A stretch of DNA of 64,000 bases, from the NCBI GenBank assembly GCA_964573135.1, contig CAZNIO010000003.1, forward strand, positions 10,881-74,880. Direction: 5' to 3'. Positions 9,840 through 19,311 of this stretch are shown here, one piece after another. This stretch comes from an uncultured Gammaproteobacteria bacterium (lineage in GTDB: Bacteria; Patescibacteriota; Patescibacteriia; UBA2196; GWA2-42-15). Every line of letters starts with the position of its first letter. Position 1 is the first letter of the stretch. The translations under genes and the position numbers were made by a program. The notes beneath the pieces are model-generated. The model was not told where the DNA came from, did not search any database, and saw only the letters and a program-made list of their open reading frames with translations.

Positions 9840-11078
9840 TTATGACCAATATTTTAATGCTTGCTGTAGCTCTTTATGCTGGGTGGCATATTTTGAGAAA
9901 TTTTCTTGCTGGCTGACTGCTTCAACTGCTTGCTGACAGGCTTTAGCACCGGCAATTGGTCCGTCAGGGTGACCATGAAGTCCCCCGCCGAAGTTTATAA
10001 CAATATTTGGACCTAGAATTTTAACTAGATCAGGTACGAGTCCTGGATGCAAGCCGCCTGAAGCAATAGGTAAAGTGGGCTTAATTTTTCCCCAAGGAGT
10101 AGTCACGGCTTCGTTAATGGCATCAACTGTTTCCTTATCGCCTTCCATTTTACCGACTACGGTGCCGGTATGTAGTTGATCAATGCCACATAACCTGGCA
10201 AGCTTGGCTAAGAGGAGCATGGTCATGCCGTGGCGTGGATTTTTAGTAAACATGGAATGACCAGCGCGATGACCGTGTATGATCAAACCTAAATTTTGAT
10301 TTCTTAAAAATTGTACGTTATCTAAGCCACAAACCACCAGGTCAATCATAACTATTTTGCCACCATGCTTTTTAACTAATTTAGCACGCTTGAGCATGAT
10401 ATCAGCTGGACCAGTCACGTTGAAGACGTGTACTTTTTTGTGTCCGGTAACTTTTTGCGCTTGTTTTTTTAGTTTTAAAACTTGCTTAACACGATCTTCA
10501 AATTTATTGAATTTCATGTCGGTCAAATTTTCATCGTCCTTAACTAGATCAATGCCATTTGCCCAAATGTCATAGGTTAGTTGGGCGTGCTGTTTGGAGG
10601 AAAGCCCGAGCTTTGGCTTAATGATTGAGCCAATGATGGGCCTCTCCTTTATATCTAAGTAATTTCTGATGCCAACAATGCCAAAGGCGGGTCCTTGGAA
10701 AGAATTTAGATATTTGTCCGGGAAATGAATATCTAGAAGTCTTAAATTACTAATAATTTTCATGGAGAAAACATTGCCAGCTAAAGCGGAGAGAAGCTGA
10801 GTAATATTACCTAACTCAAAAAGATCTAGGGGATAGGCAATATGAGCAATTTTTTTATGATAATCAAGTTTAAAAATCTTTGGACCAAGGCGGCTAATTG
10901 TTTTTTTATCTAAAGTAGTTAGCTTAGTCCAAGTACCAATAGATGATTCCTGGGCAACTTTAACCGAAGCGGTTTTTAAACCCAAAGGACTTTCAATGTG
11001 ATAGATAGCAACAAGATGATCCTTCAAAGAGGGTTTAGTATTGAGTTTTAAATAAGGTGATTTCATGATTAAAGCCAA
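9840..11078 (-). CDS. rbcL: Ribulose-bisphosphate carboxylase large subunit, form II/III-like
   Basis: NGIDLVKDDENLTD (GxDFxKxDE-like active-site region) and GGGLHGHPDG near the C-terminus. 412 aa. Confidence 0.8.
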   Translation of the reverse strand: MALIMKSPYLKLNTKPSLKDHLVAIYHIESPLGLKTASVKVAQESSIGTWTKLTTLDKKTISRLGPKIFKLDYHKKIAHIAYPLDLFELGNITQLLSALAGNVFSMKIISNLRLLDIHFPDKYLNSFQGPAFGIVGIRNYLDIKERPIIGSIIKPKLGLSSKQHAQLTYDIWANGIDLVKDDENLTDMKFNKFEDRVKQVLKLKKQAQKVTGHKKVHVFNVTGPADIMLKRAKLVKKHGGKIVMIDLVVCGLDNVQFLRNQNLGLIIHGHRAGHSMFTKNPRHGMTMLLLAKLARLCGIDQLHTGTVVGKMEGDKETVDAINEAVTTPWGKIKPTLPIASGGLHPGLVPDLVKILGPNIVINFGGGLHGHPDGPIAGAKACQQAVEAVSQQENFSKYATQHKELQQALKYWS

Positions 11079-12001
11079 TTATATTGTTTTTTAAACTTAT
11101 TAATCTCACTTGGTTTAATAATTCCAAATTCAGTTATATAGCCTGTTATAAATTTGGCAGGAATTCTACCAAAAGCATAGTTTATTATCTTCAAGCCCTT
11201 AGGGGCTTTTGGCCAAATTTCTTTTTCATCCCTGATTTCTATTTTCATTTTCTTATCATGTGTACTTTTAAGCAGAGATCCGCACAGATAAAAAGGAATC
11301 TTTGATGTATGGGCTGCTAGAGCTATGCCAAAACTACCAATCTTATTCAAAGCCGATCCATCGGGTAAAATAACATCAAAACCTAAGAACACTTTGTTGA
11401 TTTTAATATTATCTCCCGAAATATCTGAGACCAAAAATGGAGCGGCTGAATCAACAACCATGGTATTATTAATTTTATGTTTGGCCAAATTAGTTGAAGT
11501 AGTCCTACCTTGGAATAGGGGTCGAGTTTCATCATTGTATACATGAAATTTCTTTTTATCTCTTTTGGCTTGGATCAAAATATTTTCTACAGTACGTGAA
11601 TGACAGTGAGTAAAGATGTTTTCTTTACTTTTTATTAGGCTCCCACCATGGGCGGTGATTTTTTGCCCATTACCATGTAGTAAGGCGGAAAAATCCTGTA
11701 CGTACTGGCGGGTTAATTTTTTTAAATCATTAACTTGAATAAGAGTAGCCTTGATTTTGGTGCTCTGTTTAAGTTCTGCATTCAAATATTTAAAAGCATT
11801 AACAGTCAGTGGCTCATTGGGTCTTGCTTGAGCTAGACTCTCCCCTACTCTTTTAGCTTCAGCTAAATACTTTTTGGTATCTTTCGTTTTGAAATTAATC
11901 AAATAATCTTGCCAAGCAGAAAGACTGGCACGACAAATGTTACTGGCGCCTTGAATTTTAATGGATTGAATATCTTTAATTGTTTGATTTAAGTTGGCCA
12001 T
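11069..12001 (-). CDS. Ribose-1,5-bisphosphate isomerase (eIF-2B alpha/beta/delta-like family)
   Basis: e2b2-like sequence (…GASNICRASLSAW…, …HSRTVENIL…, …CGSLLKS…). Sits upstream of RuBisCO as in the AMP-salvage pathway. Confidence 0.7.
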   Translation of the reverse strand: MANLNQTIKDIQSIKIQGASNICRASLSAWQDYLINFKTKDTKKYLAEAKRVGESLAQARPNEPLTVNAFKYLNAELKQSTKIKATLIQVNDLKKLTRQYVQDFSALLHGNGQKITAHGGSLIKSKENIFTHCHSRTVENILIQAKRDKKKFHVYNDETRPLFQGRTTSTNLAKHKINNTMVVDSAAPFLVSDISGDNIKINKVFLGFDVILPDGSALNKIGSFGIALAAHTSKIPFYLCGSLLKSTHDKKMKIEIRDEKEIWPKAPKGLKIINYAFGRIPAKFITGYITEFGIIKPSEINKFKKQYNWL

Positions 12002-12018
12002 AATAAAAACAAGAAAAA

Positions 12019-12390
12019 TTATATTTCTTGTACATTTAAATTCGTAATGTTTTTAAAATCACGCACATTGCGTGTTATAAGAGTACTACTTGTGAAAAGA
12101 GCCGTAGCAGCGATTACACTATCTGCTGTTTTGGTCCCATACATCTGACGAAGGAGTCCGGCCGTGCGTGCAATTCTTGAGTCAAGTGGAATAATAGCAA
12201 CTGTTTCAAGCAGTTTTTCTATTTCCATTGATTCCCATGGGGTGAGACCATGAAAACCGAAAAGCTCAACCTCGGTTATTGTGGATATATATAACGGAGC
12301 GTTCTTAACTAAAATACCACCTAAAACAGAAACGACCGCTGGGTCGTCTTTTAAATAATAGATAATCGCATTGGTGTCTAGGGTGTGCAC
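12019..12390 (-). CDS. vapC: PIN-domain protein (VapC-like toxin)
   Basis: 123 aa. N-terminal MHTLDTNAIIYYL (conserved Asp), later acidic residues typical of PIN. Confidence 0.65.
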   Translation of the reverse strand: MHTLDTNAIIYYLKDDPAVVSVLGGILVKNAPLYISTITEVELFGFHGLTPWESMEIEKLLETVAIIPLDSRIARTAGLLRQMYGTKTADSVIAATALFTSSTLITRNVRDFKNITNLNVQEI

Positions 12391-12406
12391 GGGTTTAAAA
12401 GTAGAA

Positions 12407-12577
12407 CTAATTACGATCCCATTCTTTTCTCATTTTGCCAAGCTCTTGTGCGGGATCAGGCTTGTGGTTCTTCCACATTCCTTTAATATGTTGCCATATT
12501 AAAAGACGCTCCTTATTTAGAAGAAGTGGGTAGACATTTCTTATTTTTTGATTTTTTATACTGGTCTGGGTTTGCAT
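12407..12577 (-). CDS. Putative antitoxin partner of VapC (56 aa, below the track size cutoff)
   Basis: Minus-strand ORF ATG 12575-12577 to TAG 12407-12409 (MQTQTSIKNQKIRNVYPLLLNKERLLIWQHIKGMWKNHKPDPAQELGKMRKEWDRN), 16 nt upstream of vapC. Position and size fit a type II antitoxin. No recognisable fold motif. Confidence 0.35.
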   Translation of the reverse strand: MQTQTSIKNQKIRNVYPLLLNKERLLIWQHIKGMWKNHKPDPAQELGKMRKEWDRN

Positions 12578-12645
12578 ATACTTAAATTATATCAATTGGC
12601 TTGAGAAAGTCAACAACAAATATACAAATTTGTATAAACAAAGCT

Positions 12646-13839
12646 TTAAATTATAACCCTATTTTTCTTCATTATCAAAATAACTGGAATACCAATTACA
12701 AGAGCACTAATGCCAATAATAGTTAAGGCATTTATTAAGGTGTACACATCAGCCACCCATCCAAAAATTGGGACAATTAACGCATATATTAAACGGCCAG
12801 ACATACTTTGGGCTGAAAGTATGGTGGCGCGTATGTCTGAATTGGCGAGCTTGTTGATATAGTCGGTAATAACAACCTTGGAAAAGCCACGCACAAACTG
12901 GTGTAAAAAGGCAAAAGAAAAACTGAAAAGTAAAACAAAATTACTCATAAGAAGATAACTGGCACTAACTAAAAAAATGAGCATAACAAGCGAATATTTT
13001 TCACCCAATTTTTGTTCAAGTGCATGAGCATATTTTGAGCTCAAGGCAGCTACTACCTGAAAAGAAGCAAAGATAATACCAAAATACATAATATCAACGC
13101 CTGAAATTAAAAAATATGGCTGATAGAACCAGAGGACTGATTGATTGAAGCTAAAAATAATACCAGAGTAGATAATGAGCCATTTCAATTTCTTATTTTT
13201 CAACATGGAATATTTTATGATAAATATCAATTCTTTAACATATCCTTTTTTTAAAATGGGTTTATGTCTTGCGGGCTCTTTCAAGCTCAATGCAATAAAG
13301 ATGGCAATAATGATAAAGGGGATCATGACCCAAAAGGTAAGGCGATAGCTAACCTGGCCCAAAAAGCCGCCAATGACATGGGCGACGGCCATGGCAATAA
13401 GACTATAGAAAAGAACATTACCCCAAATTTTTTTATACTTTTTTTCTTGTTTCAAGCTTTTCAAGGTGTCAAAAATGAAGGCAGAGTCACTACCGGATAT
13501 AAAAGAAATACTCAAGGCCCAGAAAGCCTCTGCTAGCAAAAAATGAGAGAAACTATAACCCTCAGCATAGACTATGGTGGCGCCAAGGATCATAAGGGAT
13601 CCAATAACTAAGCTTTTTTTGCGTCCAACAACATCGGCAAAATATCCGGTGGGTATCTCAAGCAATACAACCAGAATGGCAAAAATTGATTGGAGAACCA
13701 TAATTTGTGTGAGGCTCAAGCCGTTATCCTGCCAGAACAAAACAATAATTGGAGCAAAAAAAGACAAACTTGCCAGAATTTGAAACAAGTAGAATTTAAA
13801 AATGTTACTATTTAATTTAGTTTTAGATAACTGAGTCAT
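12646..13839 (-). CDS. MFS transporter
   Basis: 397 aa, about 12 hydrophobic segments, with a GxxADxxGRK-like loop (GYFADVVGRKKS). Confidence 0.7.
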   Translation of the reverse strand: MTQLSKTKLNSNIFKFYLFQILASLSFFAPIIVLFWQDNGLSLTQIMVLQSIFAILVVLLEIPTGYFADVVGRKKSLVIGSLMILGATIVYAEGYSFSHFLLAEAFWALSISFISGSDSAFIFDTLKSLKQEKKYKKIWGNVLFYSLIAMAVAHVIGGFLGQVSYRLTFWVMIPFIIIAIFIALSLKEPARHKPILKKGYVKELIFIIKYSMLKNKKLKWLIIYSGIIFSFNQSVLWFYQPYFLISGVDIMYFGIIFASFQVVAALSSKYAHALEQKLGEKYSLVMLIFLVSASYLLMSNFVLLFSFSFAFLHQFVRGFSKVVITDYINKLANSDIRATILSAQSMSGRLIYALIVPIFGWVADVYTLINALTIIGISALVIGIPVILIMKKNRVII

Positions 13840-13845
13840 TCAGTT

Positions 13846-15225
13846 TTATAACATAAATTGATCACCAAGCTCTGGTATATGAATTTTATCTATATGCTCT
13901 TTAGCTAATTTACTCGCCAAAGTATTAATACCTTTTTCTTCCCCATGAACAAAGAAGAGTTTTTTTAAGGGGGACGCATGACGAATAAATTCAATTAAAT
14001 CTTTTTGATCAGCATGAGCACTCAGAGAATTCAAAATAACAATATCTGATTTAACTTGAATTTTTTGATTCAAAATATTGACTTGCTTGGCTCCTTCAAC
14101 TAATCTGCGTCCCAAGGTGTGTTCAGCCATAAAACCAACAATAATGACGGTGTTTCTTGAGTCTCCCAGGTTGTTTCTCAGGTGGTGGCGAATGCGACCG
14201 AACTCACACATGCCAGAAGCTGAGATTATAATACAAGGGTCTTGGATAGTATTTAATTTTTTAGAATCTTCAGCTGATTCTATCATTCGTAATTTGGAAA
14301 ATATAAAGGGATCTTTGTTTTTAGATAAAAATGCCTCCCTGGTCTCTTTATCAACTAGATCAGGATAATCAGTAAAAACCTCTGATACCTTAACGGTTAA
14401 CGGGCTATCAATATATACAAAATGATTTGGAATCCTCTTGGTATTAATTAACTCATGAATTATATAGATTAACTCTTGAGCTCGCTCAAGAGCAAAAGAA
14501 GGGATAATTACCTTGCCTCCCCTATCATATGCTTTATTGATAGCATCAGCTAAAGACTTATATGAAGTCATGGCATCATCGTGTAAACGATCACCATAGG
14601 TGCTTTCTGATATAAGATAATCAACATCAGTGATTTGTCCTGGATCGCGTAAAATAGGCAGAAATTTTCTACCCAAATCTCCGGTAAAACCAAGTTTTTT
14701 CTTATTACCATTTTCTTCTAATTCCAAAGTAACTAAAGCAGAACCCAAAACATGGCCGGCGTCTTGCAAATAGGCACGCACACCAGGCATTACCTGAAAC
14801 CACTCATTATATTTCTTTCCCTCAAGGGCCGCTACAGCTGGAGCCACATCATCTGGAGTATAGATTGCTTCCAGCTTTTGACCTGATTTTCTGTTTAAAT
14901 ACTGTATATCATAAACTTGAATACGGGCAGAATCTTCAAGCATGACGGCTACCAGAGATTTAGTGGCATGGGTACAATAAATTTTACCTTTAAACCCTTG
15001 TTTAACAAGATTGGGAATATTACCACAATGGTCAATATGTGCGTGACTTAAAACACAAACATCAATACTTTTGGGGTCAAAAGGGAAATTTCTATTGACG
15101 CGCTCGGTGTCAGCACGCCGTCCCTGGTAGAAACCACATTCGAGAAGTATTTTCTTATCATTAACGGTAATAACATGTTGGGAGCCGGTAACGGTTTTAC
15201 AGGCTCCATGAAATTGAATATGCAT
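13846..15225 (-). CDS. Beta-CASP family metallo-beta-lactamase fold ribonuclease (RNase J/CPSF-like)
   Basis: HAHIDHCG (HxHxDH) zinc motif, 459 aa with C-terminal beta-CASP/RNA-specificity region. Confidence 0.75.
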   Translation of the reverse strand: MHIQFHGACKTVTGSQHVITVNDKKILLECGFYQGRRADTERVNRNFPFDPKSIDVCVLSHAHIDHCGNIPNLVKQGFKGKIYCTHATKSLVAVMLEDSARIQVYDIQYLNRKSGQKLEAIYTPDDVAPAVAALEGKKYNEWFQVMPGVRAYLQDAGHVLGSALVTLELEENGNKKKLGFTGDLGRKFLPILRDPGQITDVDYLISESTYGDRLHDDAMTSYKSLADAINKAYDRGGKVIIPSFALERAQELIYIIHELINTKRIPNHFVYIDSPLTVKVSEVFTDYPDLVDKETREAFLSKNKDPFIFSKLRMIESAEDSKKLNTIQDPCIIISASGMCEFGRIRHHLRNNLGDSRNTVIIVGFMAEHTLGRRLVEGAKQVNILNQKIQVKSDIVILNSLSAHADQKDLIEFIRHASPLKKLFFVHGEEKGINTLASKLAKEHIDKIHIPELGDQFML

Positions 15226-15362
15226 AGTTGTTTATTAGTTTTTGTTATCTTAATTTTACCAATTATGTGCTAATTGAGCAAAAAATAAAAGTACACACGC
15301 TGACAAACGGGTGTACTTTTTTCTCCATTTTAAAAATTTTACGATTTTAACCTTCTTCATTT

Positions 15363-16772
15363 TTATATTAACTCCACAGGACAAAGCGTGGTGGCAGCCT
15401 CTTTAAGATTAGAGAAAGTGTCGTCCCCAATTGCTGCATTTATTAACGCTCCCCGGGCAGTAGCTTCAAAAGCTATTGGCCCATCCAAAGCACTAATAAA
15501 TAATCGAATTTCATCATTAACATCGCGATGGATAAACTTTTTGAAACATTGCTGAAAATACTTTGACCGACAAATACCTCCAGTCAAAATAATTTTTTTA
15601 ATGGGCTGTCCATTAATAACCTCTATCACCATATCTCCAACATGTGAAGACAATATCAAGGCGATTGACTGTTGCACGCTAGCAATTTTATTGCCCAATG
15701 GCAATTGAGCAAAATCAGACGGGTAGTATACTCGGTCATTTTCCTGCGTAATGATGATATTTTTTTGATTACAACTACTAAGAGCAAGTTTGTTCATCTC
15801 TGGATGATCCATGCTAGTGCACCATGATTTCTTAAAATCATAATCATACCATGACCCACAGTGATGCATCATGATGAGTGATAATTTCTTCTGGTAATAC
15901 TCAAAACTAAGAGACTTACCTGCGAGTGCCATTGTTGGCTCGCATATCCGATTCACCGTACCACTAGTACCGGCAGACACTATGATGCTTGACTCATCAT
16001 ATAACCCGCACCCTACGGCGGCGCCATGGTTATCTCCCAAGGGGGAATATATCTCCCATCCTTCTAGAATTCCTCTGATTACTCGCCATGCTGGATCGTT
16101 TCCCTGACCGGTGATATTATCAACAAACTCCCCACTTTGTATTACAGATGGAAACCAAATATAATTAATACCGACTTTATTGAGAAGGGTCTTGGCTAAT
16201 GTTTTTGTTTTTTGATCCAACAATCCATTACTTAATCCATCTGACGTACTCAATGAATCGGTATCGGTTAACTTACCGCCGATCCAATCGCCGGTGGTCA
16301 TGACTTTATAAACCCTATTCTTGAGAGATGGACATTGATTCAAAACCCACATTAACTTAACTATAATAAATCGATTTTCTATGGGTCCCACAATTTTTTC
16401 CGCACCCAACTCTTTGATGATTTTAATTTCCTTGATCTCTGGCTTGCCAAATTTAAACCGCCAGCTTAAAGCTGGAATCACTGGCTGTTTATACTGATCG
16501 AGTAGGACCATATCGTGCTGACGAACGGAGAATGACATCGACCCTCCATAAGAAAAATCCCATCCTCTATCATGGAGCTTAAAGAGGGCCTCAAGAATCA
16601 TTTTGGGCACTTCAGACAAATCATGCGCTGATTCATTCTTCCAACTGGTAGAACCTCGCATGGGAATTGACGCTAAGTCAAATTCACCTGACTGGCTCAT
16701 AACGAAGAGCTTAAGTGCACTAGTACTTAAATCACCACCTGAGTGTCTTGCAATTTTTTTTGTCATTATCAA
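15363..16772 (-). CDS. FGGY-family carbohydrate kinase (divergent)
   Basis: GDNHGAAVGCGL, SAGTSGTV, ILTGGICRSKYFQQ…, EATARGALINAAIG match FGGY conserved blocks. Confidence 0.6.
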   Translation of the reverse strand: MIMTKKIARHSGGDLSTSALKLFVMSQSGEFDLASIPMRGSTSWKNESAHDLSEVPKMILEALFKLHDRGWDFSYGGSMSFSVRQHDMVLLDQYKQPVIPALSWRFKFGKPEIKEIKIIKELGAEKIVGPIENRFIIVKLMWVLNQCPSLKNRVYKVMTTGDWIGGKLTDTDSLSTSDGLSNGLLDQKTKTLAKTLLNKVGINYIWFPSVIQSGEFVDNITGQGNDPAWRVIRGILEGWEIYSPLGDNHGAAVGCGLYDESSIIVSAGTSGTVNRICEPTMALAGKSLSFEYYQKKLSLIMMHHCGSWYDYDFKKSWCTSMDHPEMNKLALSSCNQKNIIITQENDRVYYPSDFAQLPLGNKIASVQQSIALILSSHVGDMVIEVINGQPIKKIILTGGICRSKYFQQCFKKFIHRDVNDEIRLFISALDGPIAFEATARGALINAAIGDDTFSNLKEAATTLCPVELI

Positions 16773-16954
16773 TTTCTCCTTTTATAATGAAAGTTAATTT
16801 TAAATATTTATTGGTTTATTTTTATTACATTACTTTATTTTAGCCAGATTAATCCCCAACTGTCAAATACAGCTGCTTGCCAATCCTAAGTATTTTTGAT
16901 ATAATTTTTTTAGATGATAATGAAGGCTTGATGTCATCTATTTTTTAACATTAC

Positions 16955-17030
16955 GCGCTCATAGCTCAGCTGGTAGAGCAGCTCCCTTTTAAGGAGAAGG
17001 TCCTAGGTTCGAATCCTAGTGGGCGTACCA
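16955..17030 (+). tRNA. tRNA-Lys (anticodon TTT), CCA encoded
   Basis: Cloverleaf: acceptor GCGCTCA/TGGGCGT, D-arm GCTC/GAGC, anticodon loop CTTTTAA, T-arm CTAGG-TTCGAAT-CCTAG, 76 nt. Confidence 0.9.
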
Positions 17031-17062
17031 CAAAAAACATCTCGAGTAGAGGTGTTTTTTGG
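17031..17062 (+). terminator. Intrinsic terminator after tRNA-Lys (ACATCTC-gagta-GAGGTGT + T6)
   Basis: 7-bp hairpin followed by TTTTTT immediately after the CCA. Confidence 0.6.
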
Positions 17063-17090
17063 TTAAAGGGGATCTGCTAGTAGCTCCGTC
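17031..17090 (+). repeat. Direct repeat copy L (terminator + GGTTAAAGGGGATCTGCT module)
   Basis: About 55 of 60 nt are shared with 19180..19236 (aaaaa[a/g]cat[c]ctcg[a/c]g[t]agagg[g]tgtttttt[t]ggttaaa[g/a]gggatctgct[a/c]g[t/c]agctc). Confidence 0.7.
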
Positions 17091-17196
17091 TGGCGCGCCA
17101 CAGGTATTTTAGTGTTTTTTGATTCAAGCCCAAAGGTGCTGTATAATAACAGTGAAAGGTCGTGATTTAAATTATTAATCTTAAAATTATAATTTT

Positions 17197-17826
17197 ATGA
17201 AAAAATTAGGTTTTATTTTAATCTTAATGCTTTTGGTAGTCGGAGTTACGGTCACGGCCAATGCAGCTAGTAAGGCTCCGGGTAAAGGAGGTAGTGATAA
17301 ATGTACCACCATTCAAAGTGGTGAACTTTTAGCCTCTGATGGAACTGTAATCGAACTTGGCTTTGATGCTTGGGGATATAATTATCAAGGCCGTATGTTT
17401 AAAGGTGGTTATTGCGACGCTTATCGCGATGCAGCCTGGTGCCAAGAATGGACTGAGGATAAATTGGCCATGAAATGGAATGACGCTTGGTTATCAAATA
17501 AGGATTGTGACGGGGATGGTTTTCTTGATCGCCATTATGGCCATGATTCATATATTGGATCTGGCGCTTGGCTGACAAATCATCAATCAGGCGAATATGA
17601 AGAAGAAGGTGAAACATGTAAGTGGAATTACTTTGTCAAAATTGTGGCCGCTCCAGCTGACGCTTATGTTGAAGATGGTTATTGGCATACAGCAGAAGGT
17701 GCAGAAATTGGAGAGGTTATTTGGGGAGCTTTTGCTATTATTCAGGAAGTAGAAAATGATCCTTGCGCTGGAGCTCATGGCATGCAATATGTTTCTCCTG
17801 ATAGGGCGGGGCTAGGTAATTGGTAA
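17197..17826 (+). CDS. Secreted Cys/Trp-rich protein with a DxDxDG calcium-binding-like motif
   Basis: Signal peptide MKKLGFILILMLLVVGVTVTANA. Contains DCDGDGFLDRH. No known family. Confidence 0.6.
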   Translation: MKKLGFILILMLLVVGVTVTANAASKAPGKGGSDKCTTIQSGELLASDGTVIELGFDAWGYNYQGRMFKGGYCDAYRDAAWCQEWTEDKLAMKWNDAWLSNKDCDGDGFLDRHYGHDSYIGSGAWLTNHQSGEYEEEGETCKWNYFVKIVAAPADAYVEDGYWHTAEGAEIGEVIWGAFAIIQEVENDPCAGAHGMQYVSPDRAGLGNW

Positions 17827-17891
17827 AAAGGGATATATTAATAAGACCCACTCAAACAATTGAGTGGGTCTTTGACTACTTAAAAATGGCG

Positions 17892-17975
17892 TTAATAAAT
17901 CGTTTATGACACTGTAGGCATATAGATATATTCCTCACTTTTAGCAATTCTGGTTCTAACAGCGTCCACGACCCC
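17892..17975 (+). repeat. Repeat A copy 1 (conserved ~85-nt non-coding element; candidate sRNA)
   Basis: ttaataaa…tatgacactgtaggcatatagatatattcct… is shared with copies at 19091 and 20804. The 3' part differs in a 12-nt block. Confidence 0.7.
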
Positions 17976-17989
17976 ATAAAAATTATTAA

Positions 17990-18015
17990 ACCCCCTATTT
18001 TAGGGGGTTTTGAAG
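17990..18015. terminator. Bidirectional terminator (CCCCCT-atttt-AGGGGG + T-run)
   Basis: Perfect 6-bp GC stem with an A-run before and a T-run after. Serves Repeat A1/ORF 17197 (+) and the dehydrogenase gene (-). Confidence 0.65.
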
Positions 18016-18046
18016 TTGAGTAAAAGTACCTACAAGCTGGTGTGTC

Positions 18047-18997
18047 CTAGTTCACTTTATTTCTAGGCTTTTCCAAAATAAAAGACTGCAGATTCTCTAT
18101 AAGAATACCTTGTTGTTTTTCTATTGCCTCTTTGGTCTTTACTGCAATCGATGGATATAATATTACGTTTTTGGTTTTCATTAGCTTATTTTTATGTTCG
18201 CTTGGAATTGTGTCAAAATACGTTTGTATAAAGCAGAATCTATTTTCATTAAGATTCTTAATTAAGTTATCAAAATCAAAAACATCCGTATGGCTTATGG
18301 AAATTATTACTGAATTTTCTTTAATATTATTTAAGACAACCCCATTCATGATCGAATTTGTTGTTTTATCATCAGGAATAAACAATCCTATAATATCACT
18401 TTCCTTGCACAAATCATTAAGCTTACGAAATTGGATGCCTCCTTGCTCTAGATTTTCTTTTTTTGATTTGGAAAAATGTTTGACATTCATTCCTAAGCCC
18501 AGTGCAAGTTCAGCAACTCTTTTACCAATCCTGCCTAAACCAATAATGCCAAAGGTTTTGTTTTTTAATTCCCAGCCAAGATATTGGTCAACCCCAAAAT
18601 TATTCTTTTTAACATTGGCTCGCGCATTTTCTAGCTCTCTTGCACAGGAAAGCAAGGTAGCAAAAACAAATTCTGCAATACTATTATCACAATATCCCGC
18701 TGTGTTTGTCACAACAATATTTTTTGAAGCTGCATAATCAACATCAATTTTGCTAACTGAGATTGAATCAGTTCCTATATATTTTAAATTTAGAGCGAGG
18801 TCAATTATTTTTTTATTAATCTTAGTTAAGTATTTTATCAAAAGAACATCTGCATCTTTGACCTCTTTATATAAACTCTGTTTATTAGAACTGCTTACAA
18901 AAACCAAAAAAATTGATAGGGATTTTAATCTATCAAGAACATCATTTTTTAACGACTTTTTAGTGTAATCGATAAGGACAATTTTATTCACTTTCAT
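18047..18997 (-). CDS. D-isomer-specific 2-hydroxyacid dehydrogenase family protein (glycerate/phosphoglycerate dehydrogenase-like)
   Basis: Rossmann motif GIIGLGRIGKRVAELALGLGMNV. 316 aa is typical for the family. Confidence 0.75.
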   Translation of the reverse strand: MKVNKIVLIDYTKKSLKNDVLDRLKSLSIFLVFVSSSNKQSLYKEVKDADVLLIKYLTKINKKIIDLALNLKYIGTDSISVSKIDVDYAASKNIVVTNTAGYCDNSIAEFVFATLLSCARELENARANVKKNNFGVDQYLGWELKNKTFGIIGLGRIGKRVAELALGLGMNVKHFSKSKKENLEQGGIQFRKLNDLCKESDIIGLFIPDDKTTNSIMNGVVLNNIKENSVIISISHTDVFDFDNLIKNLNENRFCFIQTYFDTIPSEHKNKLMKTKNVILYPSIAVKTKEAIEKQQGILIENLQSFILEKPRNKVN

Positions 18998-19090
18998 TGG
19001 GTTACTGGCATTTAGTTGATGATTTAATTTTAGCTAAATTATGGGAAAGATGCAAAATTGTCAGGATCTACATTGTTTTTTGTATTGCAT

Positions 19091-19179
19091 AATTAATAAA
19101 GAAATTATGACACTGTAGGCATATAGATATATTCCTGACTTTCCTGGATTCTAGTTCTAACAGAGTCCACGACCCAGTA
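19091..19179 (+). repeat. Repeat A copy 2
   Basis: Identical to copy 3 over ~89 nt (aattaataaagaaattatgacactgtagg…gtccacgacccagta). Confidence 0.75.
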
Positions 19180-19236
19180 AAAAAGCATCCTCGCGAGAGG
19201 GTGTTTTTTTGGTTAAAAGGGATCTGCTCGCAGCTC
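19180..19236 (+). repeat. Direct repeat copy R (terminator CATCCTC-gcga-GAGGGTG + T7 + GGTTAAAAGGGATCTGCT)
   Basis: Near-copy of the tRNA-Lys 3' flank 17031..17090. The embedded hairpin + T-run is a terminator for Repeat A2. Confidence 0.7.
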
Positions 19237-19311
19237 AAAAAAATTGCCTAAACTTAATTTTTTATTTATACTTAAATGTATATATAATAATTAATTATCA
19301 ATAATAAAAGT

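Noticed and set aside
17905-17930. Repeat A as protein-coding
   Set aside because: The longest ORFs within it are 3-5 codons on either strand.
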